Assembly: GCA_951406725.2 (NCBI GenBank)
Contig: OX597817.1
Span: forward strand, 44,950,001 to 45,014,000
DNA length: 64,000 bases
Source of the DNA: Octopus vulgaris
Lineage: Eukaryota
Reading direction: 5' to 3'
Below the pieces are notes generated by a model. It did not search any database and was not told the DNA's origin. It saw only the letters and a program-made list of their open reading frames with translations. How positions within the stretch are numbered: the stretch's first letter is position 1; the number at the start of each line of letters is the position of its first letter. This document shows, piece after piece, positions 40,286 through 55,019 of the stretch. The position numbers and the translations under genes are program-made.

Positions 40286-41279
40286 ATAACTTTGGGATTA
40301 AACACATTTCGTAGTAATATATTCAAAATGTCTTACATACAACAGAAGGCAGCAAGAGTAACATAAAAATAAAGATTTTTCTAAGTTAATCTGAGTGCGT
40401 AACTAAGTCATAGCAGGTATATAAACATAGTGCTACGGCATGAATGAAAAAAATCACATGATGAAGCATATATTATGTATCAATACAGACATATACTTTT
40501 CAGCACGTGATATTTCAATCTAATGATCGTATACATGAATAACGCTGCAGAAACCTTATAAGACCTGTCTCCATAACAACACTATAAACAGTATTTCTTC
40601 TTTTCTTGATTGCTTCTGGTTGAGTTGTTCCTATTTCATTCATTCATTTTTCACAATAGATGAAGTTTGCTTACTTGTTTGGCAACTGTGCGCAATTGTT
40701 TCCGACAGATACGGAACACTGTCGTGTCATCACTGTTTTGTCCAATCAGTAAAAAGCCACAGATCCACAAAGACGAACTCACACACCTGCATAAAAAGAC
40801 ACAAGGGGAATGAGATGAAATAAGAGGTTTTGATATGCTAGCTGTGTTTGTTGTTTCTGTCTTCATTATCAAATAAAATTGGACAGAGGAATCGATGATA
40901 AACTAATAGAGACTTTTCAGTTAAGCAATTAAGTCAAGTTAAGCGCAACTAAGCGAGTGTTGGCCATCGATCCTAGATAGCCGATAAAATAATATGGAGT
41001 TATTGTATCCGGAAGGAAATTAGCTAAGGTGTTTTTTATGACCTGAAGAAATGGGATTCCTTTTTAAGGACAGAAATTTTAAATCCACTTCCTATTAATT
41101 CAACTTTGAATTTCAATGACTTTGATTATCACTTTAAAGTTGATACTTTCATATTTTAAACAGTGCGAATGAACCCGGGACCATGTGGTTGTAAGCAAGA
41201 TTCTTACCATACAATGGTACAATGGTACCATGTAATTTACAAGCTGCACTCCGCTTTTCATAAATCCAAGACTATCAAC

Positions 41280-41461
41280 TCACTTTTACTTTTATTCTAT
41301 TATTCTTTTACACGTTTGAGTCAATTGACTGCGGCCATGCTGGGGCATCGTCTTTAGACAAACAACGCGAGCACAGGACTTATTCTTTGTAAGCATAGTG
41401 CTTGTTATATCGGTCTCGTAAACGAACTGCTAGGTTACGGGAACGTAAGCACACTAACATC
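41280..41461 (-). mobile_element. SINE family A 3' fragment
   Basis: Closely resembles 39040-39200. Confidence 0.75.
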
Positions 41462-41723
41462 TTCACCTTTCTAACAAATTCAATAATTAAACTGCACAAA
41501 TATGCGTTCAGAATACCTCTTATGTTACTTTACAGGTAGAATATTCGAAGGCACACACACACACATGCATATACGTTATACAAGCGCTCCAATATATCTA
41601 TAGACAATATATGTATGCACGTAAGTGTGTGAGTGTGTACATGTGTGTTTATGCGTGTGTTTGCGAGAGTGTGTGCATTTGTGTATGAGTGAGTGTGTGT
41701 CGTATCGTTAAGGATAAATTCAG

Positions 41724-41880
41724 CAGGAGTGGCTGTGTGGTAAGTAGCTTGCTTACGAACCTCAAGGTTCCGGGTTCAGTCCCACTGCGTGGCACCTTGG
41801 CCAAGTGTCTTCTACTATAGCCTCGGGCCGACCAGAGCCTTGTGAGTGGATTTGGTAGACGGAAATTGAAAGAAGCCCGT

Positions 41881-41918
<38 letters not shown>

Positions 41919-41923
41919 TATAG

Positions 41924-41978
<55 letters not shown>

Positions 41979-42225
41979 AATATATAAATAAATGTGTGTG
42001 TGAGTGTATGTTTGTGTATCTGTGTTTGTCCCCCCCACCAACATCGCTTGACAACCGATGCTGATGTGTTTACGTCCCCGTAACTTAGTGGTTCGGCAAA
42101 AGAGTCCGATAGAATAAGTAATAGGCTTACAAAGAATAAGCCCTGAGGGCGATTTAGTCGACAAAATGCGGTGGTCCAGCATGGCTGCAGTGAAATGACT
42201 GAGACAAGTAAAAGAGTAAAAGAGT
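41724..42225 (+). mobile_element. SINE family A
   Basis: Full length, with a long internal (TA)n. Confidence 0.9.
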
Positions 42226-42905
42226 ATTTTGAAAGCCCATCAAAATTGTTTGACCTTCGTTCATATTATATACGAAGACAAAACAAAAGCCACACTAATC
42301 TGAATACGATACACCTCCCTGGCCTTCAATCTGATGTCTTATATAAAAGCACTAAATTACTGGAAAGAAAAGCAAATGCTAATACATATTTAAAGGACTG
42401 TAGTCGATTTATTGGTTGTAAGAGCATGTGTATAACTCATCTATAGTAAAGTCAGTAGGATGGTTACTTTTACTTCAGGTGAATGAGTTTGAATGGAATG
42501 TAAAACTAGGTAAATGAATGTACATACGAAATGACAAACAGCTTATTGAAAGTTATTTTATCTTATCTATGTAATTAGTGCAAATTTATTGAATAGAATA
42601 TATTATTAGGAGTGATATTACTTAATCTACATAGTTCTTGTCTATGTGTTGTCAGTATTGGCATGAAATCTAAATTACCAGGTTTTAAAGGTAAAAAAAT
42701 AACAAATCATTACAACTGAATTTAAATGAATTAAATACACTTTGCTTAGTTTTAGATATAAGTACAATGTCACATTTTGCAATGTAAGTATTACCTATGA
42801 TTTTCGGTGAGTGGAGTGGGAGATTTTTGATCATGTTATGTCAGAAATATCCAAACTCTATTTCTAAAATATATTTGTAAATAATTCCCGAGTCTATATT
42901 AGTAA

Positions 42906-43414
42906 TTGGAGGCATACGGCCTAGTGGTTAAAGCAGCGGATTCGCCGTCGAGCGATCGCGGGTTCGAATCTCAGACCCGGTAATGTGTGTATTTATGCGC
43001 AAACCAAATATAGAAAGACCAATATCGCAGTCCCAAACAGCAAAATAAGTAAGCAATGAGTAAATAATACAGTTAAAACAATGAAAACAAAAACCATGAA
43101 GCTTGAGGAAATATATGAAAAAGAAAATAGAAAACATAAGAAAATATAATTAATATACACTAACATAACACTAGTGGAGGCACGTGGCCTTGTGGTTAGA
43201 GCAGCGGGATCGCGGGTTCGAATCTCAGACCGGGCGATGTGTGTGTTTATGAGCAAAACACCTAAGTTCCACAACTTTCTCTCACTCTTTCCTCCTGCAT
43301 CTTGCAGTTCACCTGCGACGGACTTGCGTCCCGTCCAGGTAGGAAACCTATATCCCAAGGAAACCGGGAAACCGGCCCTATGTTCCACAAAGCGCAAAAT
43401 GGATTAAACAACAA
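42906..43414 (+). mobile_element. Composite SINE C insertion: two tRNA heads plus spacer within one TSD pair
   Basis: Heads at 42908 and 43176. TSD CTATATTAGTAA at 42894-42905 and 43415-43426. Confidence 0.75.
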
Positions 43415-43452
43415 CTATATTAGTAAGGATATTAAGATACTATAGGCGGGTT

Positions 43453-43900
43453 CGGTGGTGAGCTGGCAAAATCGTTAGCCACTGGGCCAAGTGTTTTGTA
43501 GCATTTCGTCGGTCTTTACGTTCTGAATCAAATTCCACCTAGGTCAGCTTTGATTTTCATACTTCCGGAGTCGATAAAAGAAGTACCAGTTGAGTACTGG
43601 GGTCGATGTAATCGACTTATTCCCCCCGCCCCGAATTTGCTGGCCTTATGCCAAAGCTTGAACACAATATACTAAAGACTGTGACCCAGCTGAATCAGCA
43701 CGGCGAACAACAAGCTTAGCAGCTTTCCCCCTGGTTCTTTACGTTTTGCTTTCAAATAACACTGAGCTCAATTTCGCTTTTATCCTTTCGATAAAATAAG
43801 TACCACTTGAGCACTGGGGTCGATAAAATAAACACCGCTCGTGCAATTGGGTCGATAAGATAAGCACCACTCAAGCACTGGTGTCGATCTAGATAACTAG
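43453..43900 (+). mobile_element. SINE family B plus an older tandem B fragment
   Basis: B head at 43453; repeated GTCGATAA(A/G)ATAA cores at 43790-43890. Confidence 0.75.
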
Positions 43901-44622
43901 ACCCTCACGCATTATTAAAGGCTCAGTGACAGTAGAAAAACGAAGTAATATGCCAATATTATTTCTTACACATATACTGTTAGGTAAACATAATGCCATA
44001 CATTGAATTAGCAAACTAATTTCAAATTGTTTTTTTTTCTTAATTCTGACGGTAGATCTACAAAGACGGGTTACAATGCTTGCTTGAAGAAGACGATATT
44101 CTGATTTCCGTTTATTACAAGAATAGTGTGTATGTTACGTAGATTAATATTCTTATTAGCAGAAACAACGAAATATGTGTAGTCGTGTTCTAGACATATC
44201 GGGCAAACGATGAATATTCTATATTACTGCTCATCCTTTTGTTTTATATAAGGACATTTTGGATTACGTAGTTCATTGCCCCACAAAATGCAACATGGCT
44301 TCGTCTTTCATTATTTAGTAACACAAGCAGCGCTACCTTTGAGGCAAATATCAAAAATCACTTCTGATATGTCATATTCAAATAGAACCACAATTTCTAA
44401 TATACTTTACCCTCTCTGCTTTTATTTCATTTTGTGATTTCATAAATTATATATTAATTAAACACTTTTGCTGTGGAAGTATGTGCGATTATTTGTGAAA
44501 TAACAGCAAAGTAATAGTAACACACGAGAGTGAATGTAATTAAACAAAAAATATAGAAACACTCGGTACTATTAAGTAGAGAAGTGCACTGTTATTTTCT
44601 AATATTAATGTGTGTATGTATA

Positions 44623-44708
<86 letters not shown>

Positions 44709-46463
44709 TGTATTATCACTCAAGTTTTGCATCTTCACATCCGGAGCTGAAAATTGGAAGTTGACGATTTATCACTATTTAAAACATCATGAGAGACATT
44801 GAGAAATATTAGACTTAAATTTTTGACGTAACAGAATCCTTATACTGTTCCATCTACTGATAAAGAAAGACTTACTATTCACTCTTATTAGGCTGCTTTT
44901 AATATTTACTACTGTTATTTTTTGTTTGCTTCATTATACAAGTAGTATATTTCCGAAGAAGAGATTACTCTTTATTATGTTCATTTAATTTTATTAATAA
45001 GATAATGTCCTCATTTATTCAAAAAAAGGTATTCTGTAGAATAGATTAATTTTCTTGAACACACTTGTTCGTAAAAATATTATTTGTAAATCCTTTTATA
45101 ATTAATTTTACGTATCAATAAGAACTTAACACTCTCTATATAATTTCACAAAGAATTTATGTACCGAGTATTAAGAGCCTGGTGACTGAAACGTATGAGA
45201 TGAAAATGTCCAATCAGAATCGCAATGAAACGCTTGAATGGAAGTTGAACTGCCAATTTATAATTTGCCTACTCAGCAATTAACAGCTACAATTATCATT
45301 ACCGTAACTAGGGTACTTACCTATTCTAAAACCATTATATGATACACGAATTAGATTACTAAAGTGGCGTTTGTTGATATAAATATCGTTGGTTGTTTAG
45401 GAAATATAAACATTGAATAATTTTCGTGTATAAATATTTGCTTTCATGGTCAAAATATCTAAGACGTAAAGAGTAGCTCAACTCGGTAAATGTTGCACAT
45501 TAAATCGAGTGATAAACGGAACTAATTATTCAAACATTTAAAAGCAATTATTCAAACAACTTTTTTCAACAGGTGTCCTGAAATGGGAAATCATTCTTAT
45601 TGACACTTGAACCGCAGTGAGACAGGTTGTGACGTGCAAGACTTTTGGAAGGGATTTAGTGGCAGAAATATGATCTAATCATTTTTTTTCTTTACCGTAA
45701 ATGATAAAAAAAAAAAAACACATACAGACTTAGTGTTTGCCAGATATTCATTACTCTTCTTTTATCTTTTTCTTTTTCCGTGGAGAATAAATATAACCGA
45801 CTATGAAGGAGAGGGTAGAGGTATGAAGAAAATAATCGAAGTTAGTAATAAAGGCAACACAATCAAAATGTTGAAAAACCAGATCTATTTATAACACATG
45901 GTCAACAACAGGTCAGTGGTTTCAGACCAATTATAGAAGCTGGCATCTGAAGCTATTTAAAACTAAAACTAGACACAGATTAATTTTCTATTGCTTTACC
46001 TTCATACTTGATCTCTGTTTTTTCCATTCTGTATTTTTTTTTCATCAGATTCAATATAACGTAATAATAATGAATTCTAAAACTGGAACAAGAACATAAA
46101 TTTTGAGGAAACGTTGCAGTCGATAAAATCGATCACAGATACTTATTTTATCGACCTTGAGAGATAAAAATACAGTTTATGATTAAGCACTGTGAGATTT
46201 CAAGGCAGAACATAAAGTGACAACTGATAACTTTCATCTTCTTTGCTATCTACAATCTTAATAGAATAATGATGATTCTTGACTTATACACATGCGTTCA
46301 CTTTTGTGACAAGTGAATATGCGTTCAGATAGAACTACATTGGAATAATTACATTTTATAGTAAAGCTGGGTAAGATTTGAATTCCCGAAGCAATGTAGC
46401 TAAAGGCAGGAAGCCAATATTCTGTCGCTTTGCTGATAATGATATTTTACCATGCATCTAAAA

Positions 46464-46800
46464 GTGGCACCAAGCAGAATCGTTAGCACGTCAGGCAAAA
46501 TGCTTAGCAGAAATTAGTTCGTTTTTACGTTCTGAGTTTAAATTCGTCCGAGGTCGACTTTGTCTTTCAGCCTTTCAGGATCGATAAAATAAGTATCAGT
46601 TGAGAACTGAAGTCGATGTAACTGATTTACTCCCTTTCTCGAAATGACTGGCCTTGTGACAAAATTTAAAACCAATATTAGCTCCCAACAGAATGCCTAG
46701 CGGCATTTGTTTCGGCTTTATGTTCTGAGGTTAAATCCCGCTGAAGTCGATTTTGCATTTCATCGTTCGGAAACAGTAAAATAAGTAACAGTTCAGAACC
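46464..46800 (+). mobile_element. SINE family B plus partial second copy
   Basis: GCAGAATCGTTAGCACG...CGAGGTCGACTTTG...GATAAAATAAGTA. Confidence 0.75.
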
Positions 46801-46940
46801 ACGTAGAGCTGTTATAAAATGTTTGCCTCCTTGGCACTAGCAGAATTATTAGCAAAGTATTGAAGAGATCAAATAGCATGGTATTAGTAAACCTGCTAAT
46901 CGTGCACGAGTCTATTAGTTACAACAAAATCTGGGTTAAG

Positions 46941-46948
46941 ATAATAAC

Positions 46949-46983
<35 letters not shown>

Positions 46984-47182
46984 TAATAATAATAACAATA
47001 ATAACAATAACAATAATAACAATAATAATAACAATAATAATAATAATAATAATAATAACAATAATAACAATAATAACAATAAAAATAATACTAATAATAA
47101 TAATAACAATAATAACAATAACAATAATAATAACAATAACAATAGTAATAATAATAATAATAATGATGATGATGATAATAAT
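46941..47182. repeat. (TAA/CAA)n trinucleotide microsatellite
   Basis: Directly visible. Confidence 0.95.
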
Positions 47183-47339
47183 GCAGTACCAGACAGTTGG
47201 TCTCATGGCTTCTGATCTTAACTGATTGGAAGTGCCATCATGTAAATTGTTTTGTCTTCGTATAAAAGGTTAAAAATAGAGAAAGAAAATTCACAGCGAA
47301 AATGCTCTTCACACTATGTGTGATGTACTATTTAAGATA

Positions 47340-47533
47340 ATCTTTTGAGCTTCCTACTTGGATGGTAAGGCAGGGATCATTCCAAGTGCTCCTACAATCA
47401 CAGGTGTTGTAACCCTCTTTCGATTTCGATTAACAAGTGTTTGTATTTTCTGAGCTCATCAAATTCTTTTGCCGTGATATTGCGGTAACAGAGAATGCTC
47501 ATGTCAATCAATAAACAGGCATTATTGCTTTGG
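47340..47533 (-). mobile_element. R4/Dong-like REL endonuclease 3' fragment
   Basis: NACLLIDMSI..RNITAKEFDELRKYKHLLIEIER...VGALGMIP. Confidence 0.75.
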
Positions 47534-47731
47534 TCTTCTTCTTCTTCTTCTTCTTCTTCTTCTTCTTCTTCTTCTTCTTCTTCTTCTTCTTCTTCTTCTT
47601 CTTCTTCTTCTTCTTCTTCTTCTTTCTTTTTCTTCTTCTTCTTCTTCTTCTTCTTCTTCTTCTTCTTTTTCTTCTTCTTCTTCTTCCTCTCTTCTTCTCT
47701 TTTTCTTCTTCTTCTTCTTCTTCTTCTTCTT

Positions 47732-47800
<69 letters not shown>
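47534..47800. repeat. (TTC)n followed by (TTA)n microsatellite
   Basis: About 225 bp of polypyrimidine (TTC)n, then (TTA)n. Confidence 0.95.
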
Positions 47801-47805
<5 letters not shown>

Positions 47806-47921
47806 AACGCCTTTCATCGTTTCGGAGTCGATTAAATATGTACCAGTTGCGCAATGGGGATCGATGTAATCGACGTAGCCCCTGCCTGTAAATTTCAGGC
47901 CTTGTGTCTATAATAAAAAGG

Positions 47922-47974
<53 letters not shown>

Positions 47975-48028
47975 CATAACCGTCTTACACAAATAGAGGA
48001 TGGGGGTCTAATACGACGATAAAATATA

Positions 48029-48438
48029 GGCGTAGCAGTGGGTGTGTGGTAAGCAGCTTGCTTACCAGCCACATGGTTCCGGATTCAGTCCCACTGCGTG
48101 GAACCTTGGGCAAGTGTCTTCTACTATAGCCTCGGGCCGACCAAAGCCTTGTGAGTGGATTTGGTAGACGGAAACTGAAAAGAAGCCCATCGTATATATG
48201 TATATGTGTATATATATATGTGTGTGTGTGTGTTTGCCCCCCTAACATCGCTTGACAACCGATGCTGGTGTGTTTATGTTCTCGTAACTTAGCGGTTCGG
48301 CAAAAGTGACCGATAGAATAAGGTCTAGGCTTACAAAGAATAAGTCCCGGGTTCGATTTGCTCGATTAAGGACGGTGCTCCAGCATGGCCGCAGTCAAAT
48401 GGCTGAAACAAGTAAAAGAGTGAAAGAGTAACAAGAGT
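48029..48438 (+). mobile_element. SINE family A
   Basis: Full length. Confidence 0.9.
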
Positions 48439-48439
48439 G

Positions 48440-49010
48440 GAATTAGATAATTACTGAGAAGCCAGGAAGCTGAAAGAGAATATTGTTATGAAACTTTCAT
48501 GAAAAATTTCGTATATGCGGAAGCATTACAATGCAAACTAGAACTTAATTAAACTGAAGAAAATTGTTTAGGTAAAGAAAAACTGGCAATACACAGCAAA
48601 AAAGAATAAAAAATCCCTGATATTTTTGAATAGGATTCCGAAATAGGCTATTTAAAGCAAGGAAAAAATCTTGCAAGATTCGATTGAGAGGAAATAAACC
48701 GAGTTAAAGCGAACAATAGCTGAAAAAAAAGCTCGGGGCTAATATCTGAAACAGAAGCTCCGATTTTAGTTGCACATGATCAAGGCCTAGCCATAAATAA
48801 TTACGAAAACAATATAATAAAAAAATATGCTAAAATTAAGTGCAGACTATGCAATCAGTATAATGAAACAATGGAACACATCATTTCCAGCTGTTCAGAC
48901 GTTGCCAACTTTGAATAGAAGATATGAACGAACACGATCAAGTTGACAGCTATGTCTGGGCAATCTGCCGACAAGTCGACGTAAAACACATCGGAAGTAA
49001 TATAAACATG
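48440..49010 (+). mobile_element. R4/Dong-like LINE fragment (CCHC region)
   Basis: SETEAPILVAHDQGL...KCRLCNQYNETMEHIISSC. Confidence 0.75.
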
Positions 49011-49180
49011 TACCACGCACAGCACTTGTCAATCCCGTCATAGCGAAATATCACAGAAAGGGTGGTGGAGGGTCGATCAAAATGCAAATATCTGAAACCG
49101 AAATAAGCTGGATGTGGAGAATGAGAGCGGGAGCAAGACTAATAATATTTGGAAACTATGTATGATATAAAATAAAATAT

Positions 49181-49444
49181 TACTCTCTTTTACTCTCTTT
49201 TACTTGTTTCAGTCATTTGACTGTGGTCATGCTGGAGTACCACCTTTAGTCGAGCACGTCGACCCCAGAACTTATTCTGTGTGAGCCTAGTACATATGCT
49301 ATCAGTCTCTTTTGCCGAACCACTAAGTTAGGGGGACGTAAACACACCAGCATTGGTTGTCGAGCGATGTTGGTGGGGGACAATCACAGAAACACAAACA
49401 TATACACACGCACATACATACGTATATATATATATATATGTATA

Positions 49445-49507
<63 letters not shown>

Positions 49508-49663
49508 GACGTGCTTCTTTCAGTTTCCGTCTACCAAATCCACTCACAAGGCTTTGGTCGACCCGAGGCTGTAGTGGAAGACACGTGCCCAAGGTGCCAC
49601 GCAGTGAGACTGAACCCAAAACTATGTGGTTGGTAAGCAAGCTACGTACCACACAGCCACTCC
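49181..49663 (-). mobile_element. SINE family A
   Basis: Full-length reverse copy. Confidence 0.9.
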
Positions 49664-50481
49664 TGAACAAAAATAAAACATAAAAACATATACGTGGACC
49701 CAAAACATATCATAGATTCAAGTAATCATATGTGTTACAGCACATATTCTACACAAGAAACTTTTTATTCAATGGCACAACTAAAATAGTACATTCCGGC
49801 AACACAATAATGTTACACAATAAAGTAACTCACAAAACACTTTACAAAATCACCTTCAAACACTGTGGCATCTCCACAGAACACATACTGAACAATATCA
49901 ACAACCAATAAAATTATACATAACATAATTTTACATAATTAATATCACCTAACACAAAGCTTTCATCTCTTAAAATGTCATCTATACAATTGACACGTAA
50001 TAATATGACGGAATCGCACACGTACATGACATAGTCTCTCTCCTAGATTAAAAGGTATAATAATAATAATCAAACTTCAGAGTAAAAAACATAAACACCA
50101 AAAGACAAAATAGCGTAATACACGTAGCCACAAAGTAGCGTATAGAAGAAAGCAAAAAAAAAAAAAACGTTCGTGAAATAAAATATAACCGTGTACCCAC
50201 CAAATAAATAGGTGTCTGACGCCTCGGTAAGATTGCTCTGCACTTGGTGGTGCAGGACGTGATACCAATAGTGATTGAAGCACTTCGAAATGTCAGTGGC
50301 CAACTACAAACGTGGCTGGTATAAAATCAGCACTGCTTGGAACTGCAACTGTTCTCCTCAAGCATCTTGAAGCATGATCAGTAAACAAGTGTCACCTTAG
50401 TCTGCTGGTTGTGGACAGCACACTTTTTCCATCATAACCAGCAAAATAAGCTAAGAGTTTTCATCGAAATAACAATAATAA

Positions 50482-50692
50482 TGGTTTCAAATTTAGGCTC
50501 AGAGCCAGCATGTTCTGGGGACAGGGTAAGTTGCATCGAATTCAGTGTATAACTAGTACTTAATTTATCGACTTCCGAAAGGATGGAAGTAAAATTCGAA
50601 CTCCACGGAATTTGAACACAGAGAATAAAGACGGACGAAATGCTGCTAAGATCTTTGCCGGGCGTGCTAAAGATTCTGTCAGCTCACCACCT
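50482..50692 (-). mobile_element. SINE family B, diverged
   Basis: Family B on the minus strand. Confidence 0.75.
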
Positions 50693-50779
50693 TAGTTGTA
50701 GAGGTAGTAATATTAGCAGTAGGAGTAAGAACAATAACAATAGTAGTAATGGCTTTGACATATACCATAATAGTAATGA

Positions 50780-51160
50780 CCAAATGATTTGATAGGTTGA
50801 TATAGCATTGTATACGAATGGATTTAAATTGTATGCTACTGCTGGTTAGGTATTAGAAACACAGCTGCAGACAGTACACAAATTTGCCATTGGAATTGGA
50901 ATGTGATTCGGATTATGGAAATGCACTAAAGCAACCTTCAAGAGAATTGATTAAAATCTTTAAAATCGTGTTAGATAAGAAAGCAAGGATAATTTTTCAT
51001 CGAACATATACTGAGAAATATAACATTCAATGGACTTCTTACAATATATGAGACACAAATGAAAGAAAATATGAAAATAAATATTTCAGAGACATGATTA
51101 TTACTTAAAACAGACATAGATGACATAAGACGAAACAAGAAAAATGAAGAAATATGCCTT
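50780..51160 (+). mobile_element. R4/Dong-like RT remnant
   Basis: LYTNGFKLYA (decayed YMDDLKLYA) and IGM*FGLWKC (IGMEFGLDKC-like). Confidence 0.55.
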
Positions 51161-52217
51161 TAAGTATTTTGTCTGTCGTTTCACGCCACCATGTTCGTTT
51201 GTGAATAATAATGGAAAACGAAAATTATTATCTAAAACTACGACCCTTCCTCCCCACGTTTCTTTCGCCAAGAATACCAATACATAGTGTTGAATCTATT
51301 CGTTTTGAAGAGAAACGAAGAATAACAACAATTGTGAATAACTGAATCTTAATTCGAATTGTGACAACATAATGCTATGTTCAAGTAATGTCAAGAATAG
51401 CCATTTTGTCGCAGGTATCTGGAAAAACAAAACTGAAAATATTTGAAATAGCCAAGCAAAAATACGCCGAACTGGATAAGAATCGTAACGCTAAAATCTG
51501 AGTCAAACCAAGGCATGTAATAAAACAGAATACAGTAAACAATTGCTCATTAGGCGTTGATGTGAAAGAAACAATTAATTACACCGTCTCTTTGTAGCCT
51601 CAGAATTTATAGTGTACATCAAAGAAAGAACAGCATTGCTGCATTTCTAACATTGTCAGTTATCTCAGCATTATTGAAATTTCAAATGAAGTAGGTGATA
51701 TAAACCAGAAAATTTCCAAGATAATTGTAATGGTAAAGGCACTGTGCACTGCTACATATAGATTCAGGCAGACATATAGATCAAACCTATCGACCCATAT
51801 TATTGCCAATGACTTCGAAGAAACGAAACTAAACCTAAGCAATGCACGTATTTAAACAGACGTCAAAAGGCACGCCCATATTATCCAGATGTAAGGATCT
51901 GGAAATTAAGGTTACCTCTACGTGGTTGCTTACTCTTGCACGACATAGAAAATATGACACTACTGCGTCATGCTATTCATATTTCGGTGTGTAAAAGATC
52001 AAAATTTCTTCATGAATGTTAGGCGCACTATTGTATCAATGGAGTTTTGTCCAAGTCTTCGGTTGTGTTAGTTTTTAAACTTGTGTGTTGTTTGCGTAGC
52101 GCAGGTTGTGTCAGTAACGGCCCTCTGTGGTACATGTGGGTTTTTCTAATTTTGTTGGGAATTTAGATTATAAATTTATTCTTGTATATTTTTGGAGGGG
52201 GTGTCGCGTAGTAGTGT

Positions 52218-52267
<50 letters not shown>

Positions 52268-52350
52268 CTCTTAAATCAACAATCTTATAGTATTTATAAT
52301 TATCCGTCCGCCGTTCTTTTTCTTGGTTTTGTCATGCGTTCCTTTAATTA

Positions 52351-52386
<36 letters not shown>

Positions 52387-53564
52387 TATTTCTAACAGGG
52401 GAAGGTATTTTTCTGAATCGGAAGTATGACTGGTAAATTTTACTCTTGTGGGATATTCAATTTAGAATAAATAGGTAAAATAACTACCACGATAATTTTC
52501 TAAAGCGTTATAATGATTGCTGCCTCTCGGCCACTAATGATATTAATTGTAGGAACGATGGCTGTACATTGCGTTAAGTAGGTGGCTGTCGATTATATCT
52601 AATCCTAGTACTCTATCGGTCTCAGAACATAAACAACGTGAAACTCGGCCGGGACTGAACTCAGAACTCAGAACGCTAAAAACTGTAACAAAATACCGCA
52701 AGGCGTTAACGATTTAGCTATCTCAACTATCTAAAGCTATGTCATAATTATAATATACATGAAAAGTAAACATAATATTAAGATAACCTTCTATGTTTCC
52801 AATAAAATATAATTGGAAGTATAGTAACGTAATAAAGCCTCTCTGCACACGCCTAGAACTCAACGCCTTCCAGGAAAAAAAAAATATATAAGTGCTACGT
52901 ACAAATAAATCTCCACCCATCTAGTCTAAGAAAATAACAATGCGAAAATAATATGAAACTATACCATATAAACAGTCCATCAGAGAACACATAATAAGTT
53001 TGACCTCATTTTCTACGACAAAAAGGACAATTGTTTAGTGATTATGGATATATCAATGTTGAATACCTATAATGAGCAGAAGTGAATTAGACTGTTATAG
53101 GACAACACCCGCCTAACTGTTGAACATGACTCGTAATTGGTAAAAACTGTAACGATATGCATCAGATTGTTTAGGGATATTCAAGGATAACTTATAATGA
53201 CAAACATAATCAACTTCGAGCAAGTAGCAATTATAGGACAGGTAAACATTGTTAGAGCTTTCTAACTCAGTTGTTGTTAAACTGATAACATTTCCATACA
53301 AGTTTTCAAAAGTGCATTTAATTATTTTGAAGAACAGAATGTATTTCTGAAACTATGCATAATAAAGATTATTGATTAGTTTCGACTTTCACTGAAGGCA
53401 TTGTCAAGATTTATCCTTGGTTGCTGACAGACAGTATACATTGCTACATATATAATATAAGCCTAATCATTCTCAACCAATGTTATTTATACAGTTATAT
53501 AAAACTGGTGTACATATTCAGTGGGGCAGAAACGCACCATATTTGATATTAAATAGTAACCAAT

Positions 53565-53777
53565 TTTACTCTCCTTACACTTTTACTCTTTTACTTGTAT
53601 CAGTCATGTGACTGTGGCCATGCTGGAACACCGCCTTTAGTCGAGCAAATCGCCCCCAGGACGTATTCTTTGTAAGAATAGTACTTATTCTCTCGGTCCA
53701 TTTTGCCGAGCCGCTAATTTACGGGGACGTAAACTCACCAGCACCAGTTGTCAAGCGATGTTGGGGGCACAAACACA

Positions 53778-53813
<36 letters not shown>

Positions 53814-53982
53814 TGCATAACATATACGACGGGCTTCTTTCAGTTTCCGTCTACCAAATCCACTCACAAGGCTTTGGTCGGCCCGAGGCTATAGTAGAAG
53901 CCACTTGCCCAGAGTGCCACGCTGTGGGACTGAACCCGGAACCATGTGGTTGGTAAACAAGCTACTTACCACACATCCACTA
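53565..53982 (-). mobile_element. SINE family A
   Basis: Full-length reverse copy. Confidence 0.9.
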
Positions 53983-54901
53983 TGCTTATTAAACATGTGG
54001 TTGTAACCGTGGTTATAATTTGAATATATACATGTGTTAGATTGTGTGTGTGTGTGATTGTGTACATTTATATAACTAAACAACTTATTTATGTACATGC
54101 GCTCCGATAAATGTGCTTTCGTATATTCAAAGATCGACCTGTATACATAATTTAATGACATCTATCACATAACATCAACCTCTATGCTGCTACGAGGCCG
54201 TGCATACTAGTGAAATATATTGTTTATGTTTGCCCAATTATTTAAAAGGCGAATTTATGTGGAGGTGCCTGCACACACACATACAAGAATTAAATAGTCC
54301 AAAATTTCAGAGCATTGGATATAAAGCCTAGTTGTATTGTTTGCGGCTTAAGGCGGTAAAGTAGAAGAGTTATTAGCGCATCGAACTAAGTGCTTCGTAG
54401 AATTCTTTCCGTTTCTTTTCCTTCTGAGTTCAACGTCACAAAATTGTGCCTTGCTTTTCATCGTTTCGGTTTCGATATATTACAAGGTTAGTAAAAATAA
54501 AATGGGATTCATGTAATACATTTGCCAAAATTACAAAGAAATTTTTAATCCGGTTCATGTGTTTTGAATTCCAATCACGCAGAGATGAACTTGGACTTTC
54601 GTTTTCAAATATCTTTGGTTTTCTCTCAAGTTTCAGTTCTGCACCAAGTCTTATTCTTCAATATATTAAAGTACCTCTTGCCACCACATCCAACACGATA
54701 TATACATATGCCGTTGACGCCATCTTTGATTTCTCACTTTAATTCCTCCTATGCCAAATACGACTCTTTTACCAGCGAAATATCATTATAACATTTACAG
54801 AAAGAAAATCAAACGTACGACTATCACAGATCCTCTGAACACAAGCCACAATCAGCTACGGTCCTCATAGTTATTCAGACGGCTGGGTGGTATGATTTTG
54901 T

Positions 54902-55001
54902 NNNNNNNNNNNNNNNNNNNNNNNNNNNNNNNNNNNNNNNNNNNNNNNNNNNNNNNNNNNNNNNNNNNNNNNNNNNNNNNNNNNNNNNNNNNNNNNNNNN
55001 N
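54902..55001. other. Assembly gap (100 N)
   Basis: Run of n. Confidence 1.
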
Positions 55002-55019
55002 TGTATGTATACATTCTCC

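Noticed and set aside
46860-47992. Poly-I/L/K/E/R/S/F ORFs
   Set aside because: They come from trinucleotide microsatellites; only the NACLLID... part is LINE-derived.
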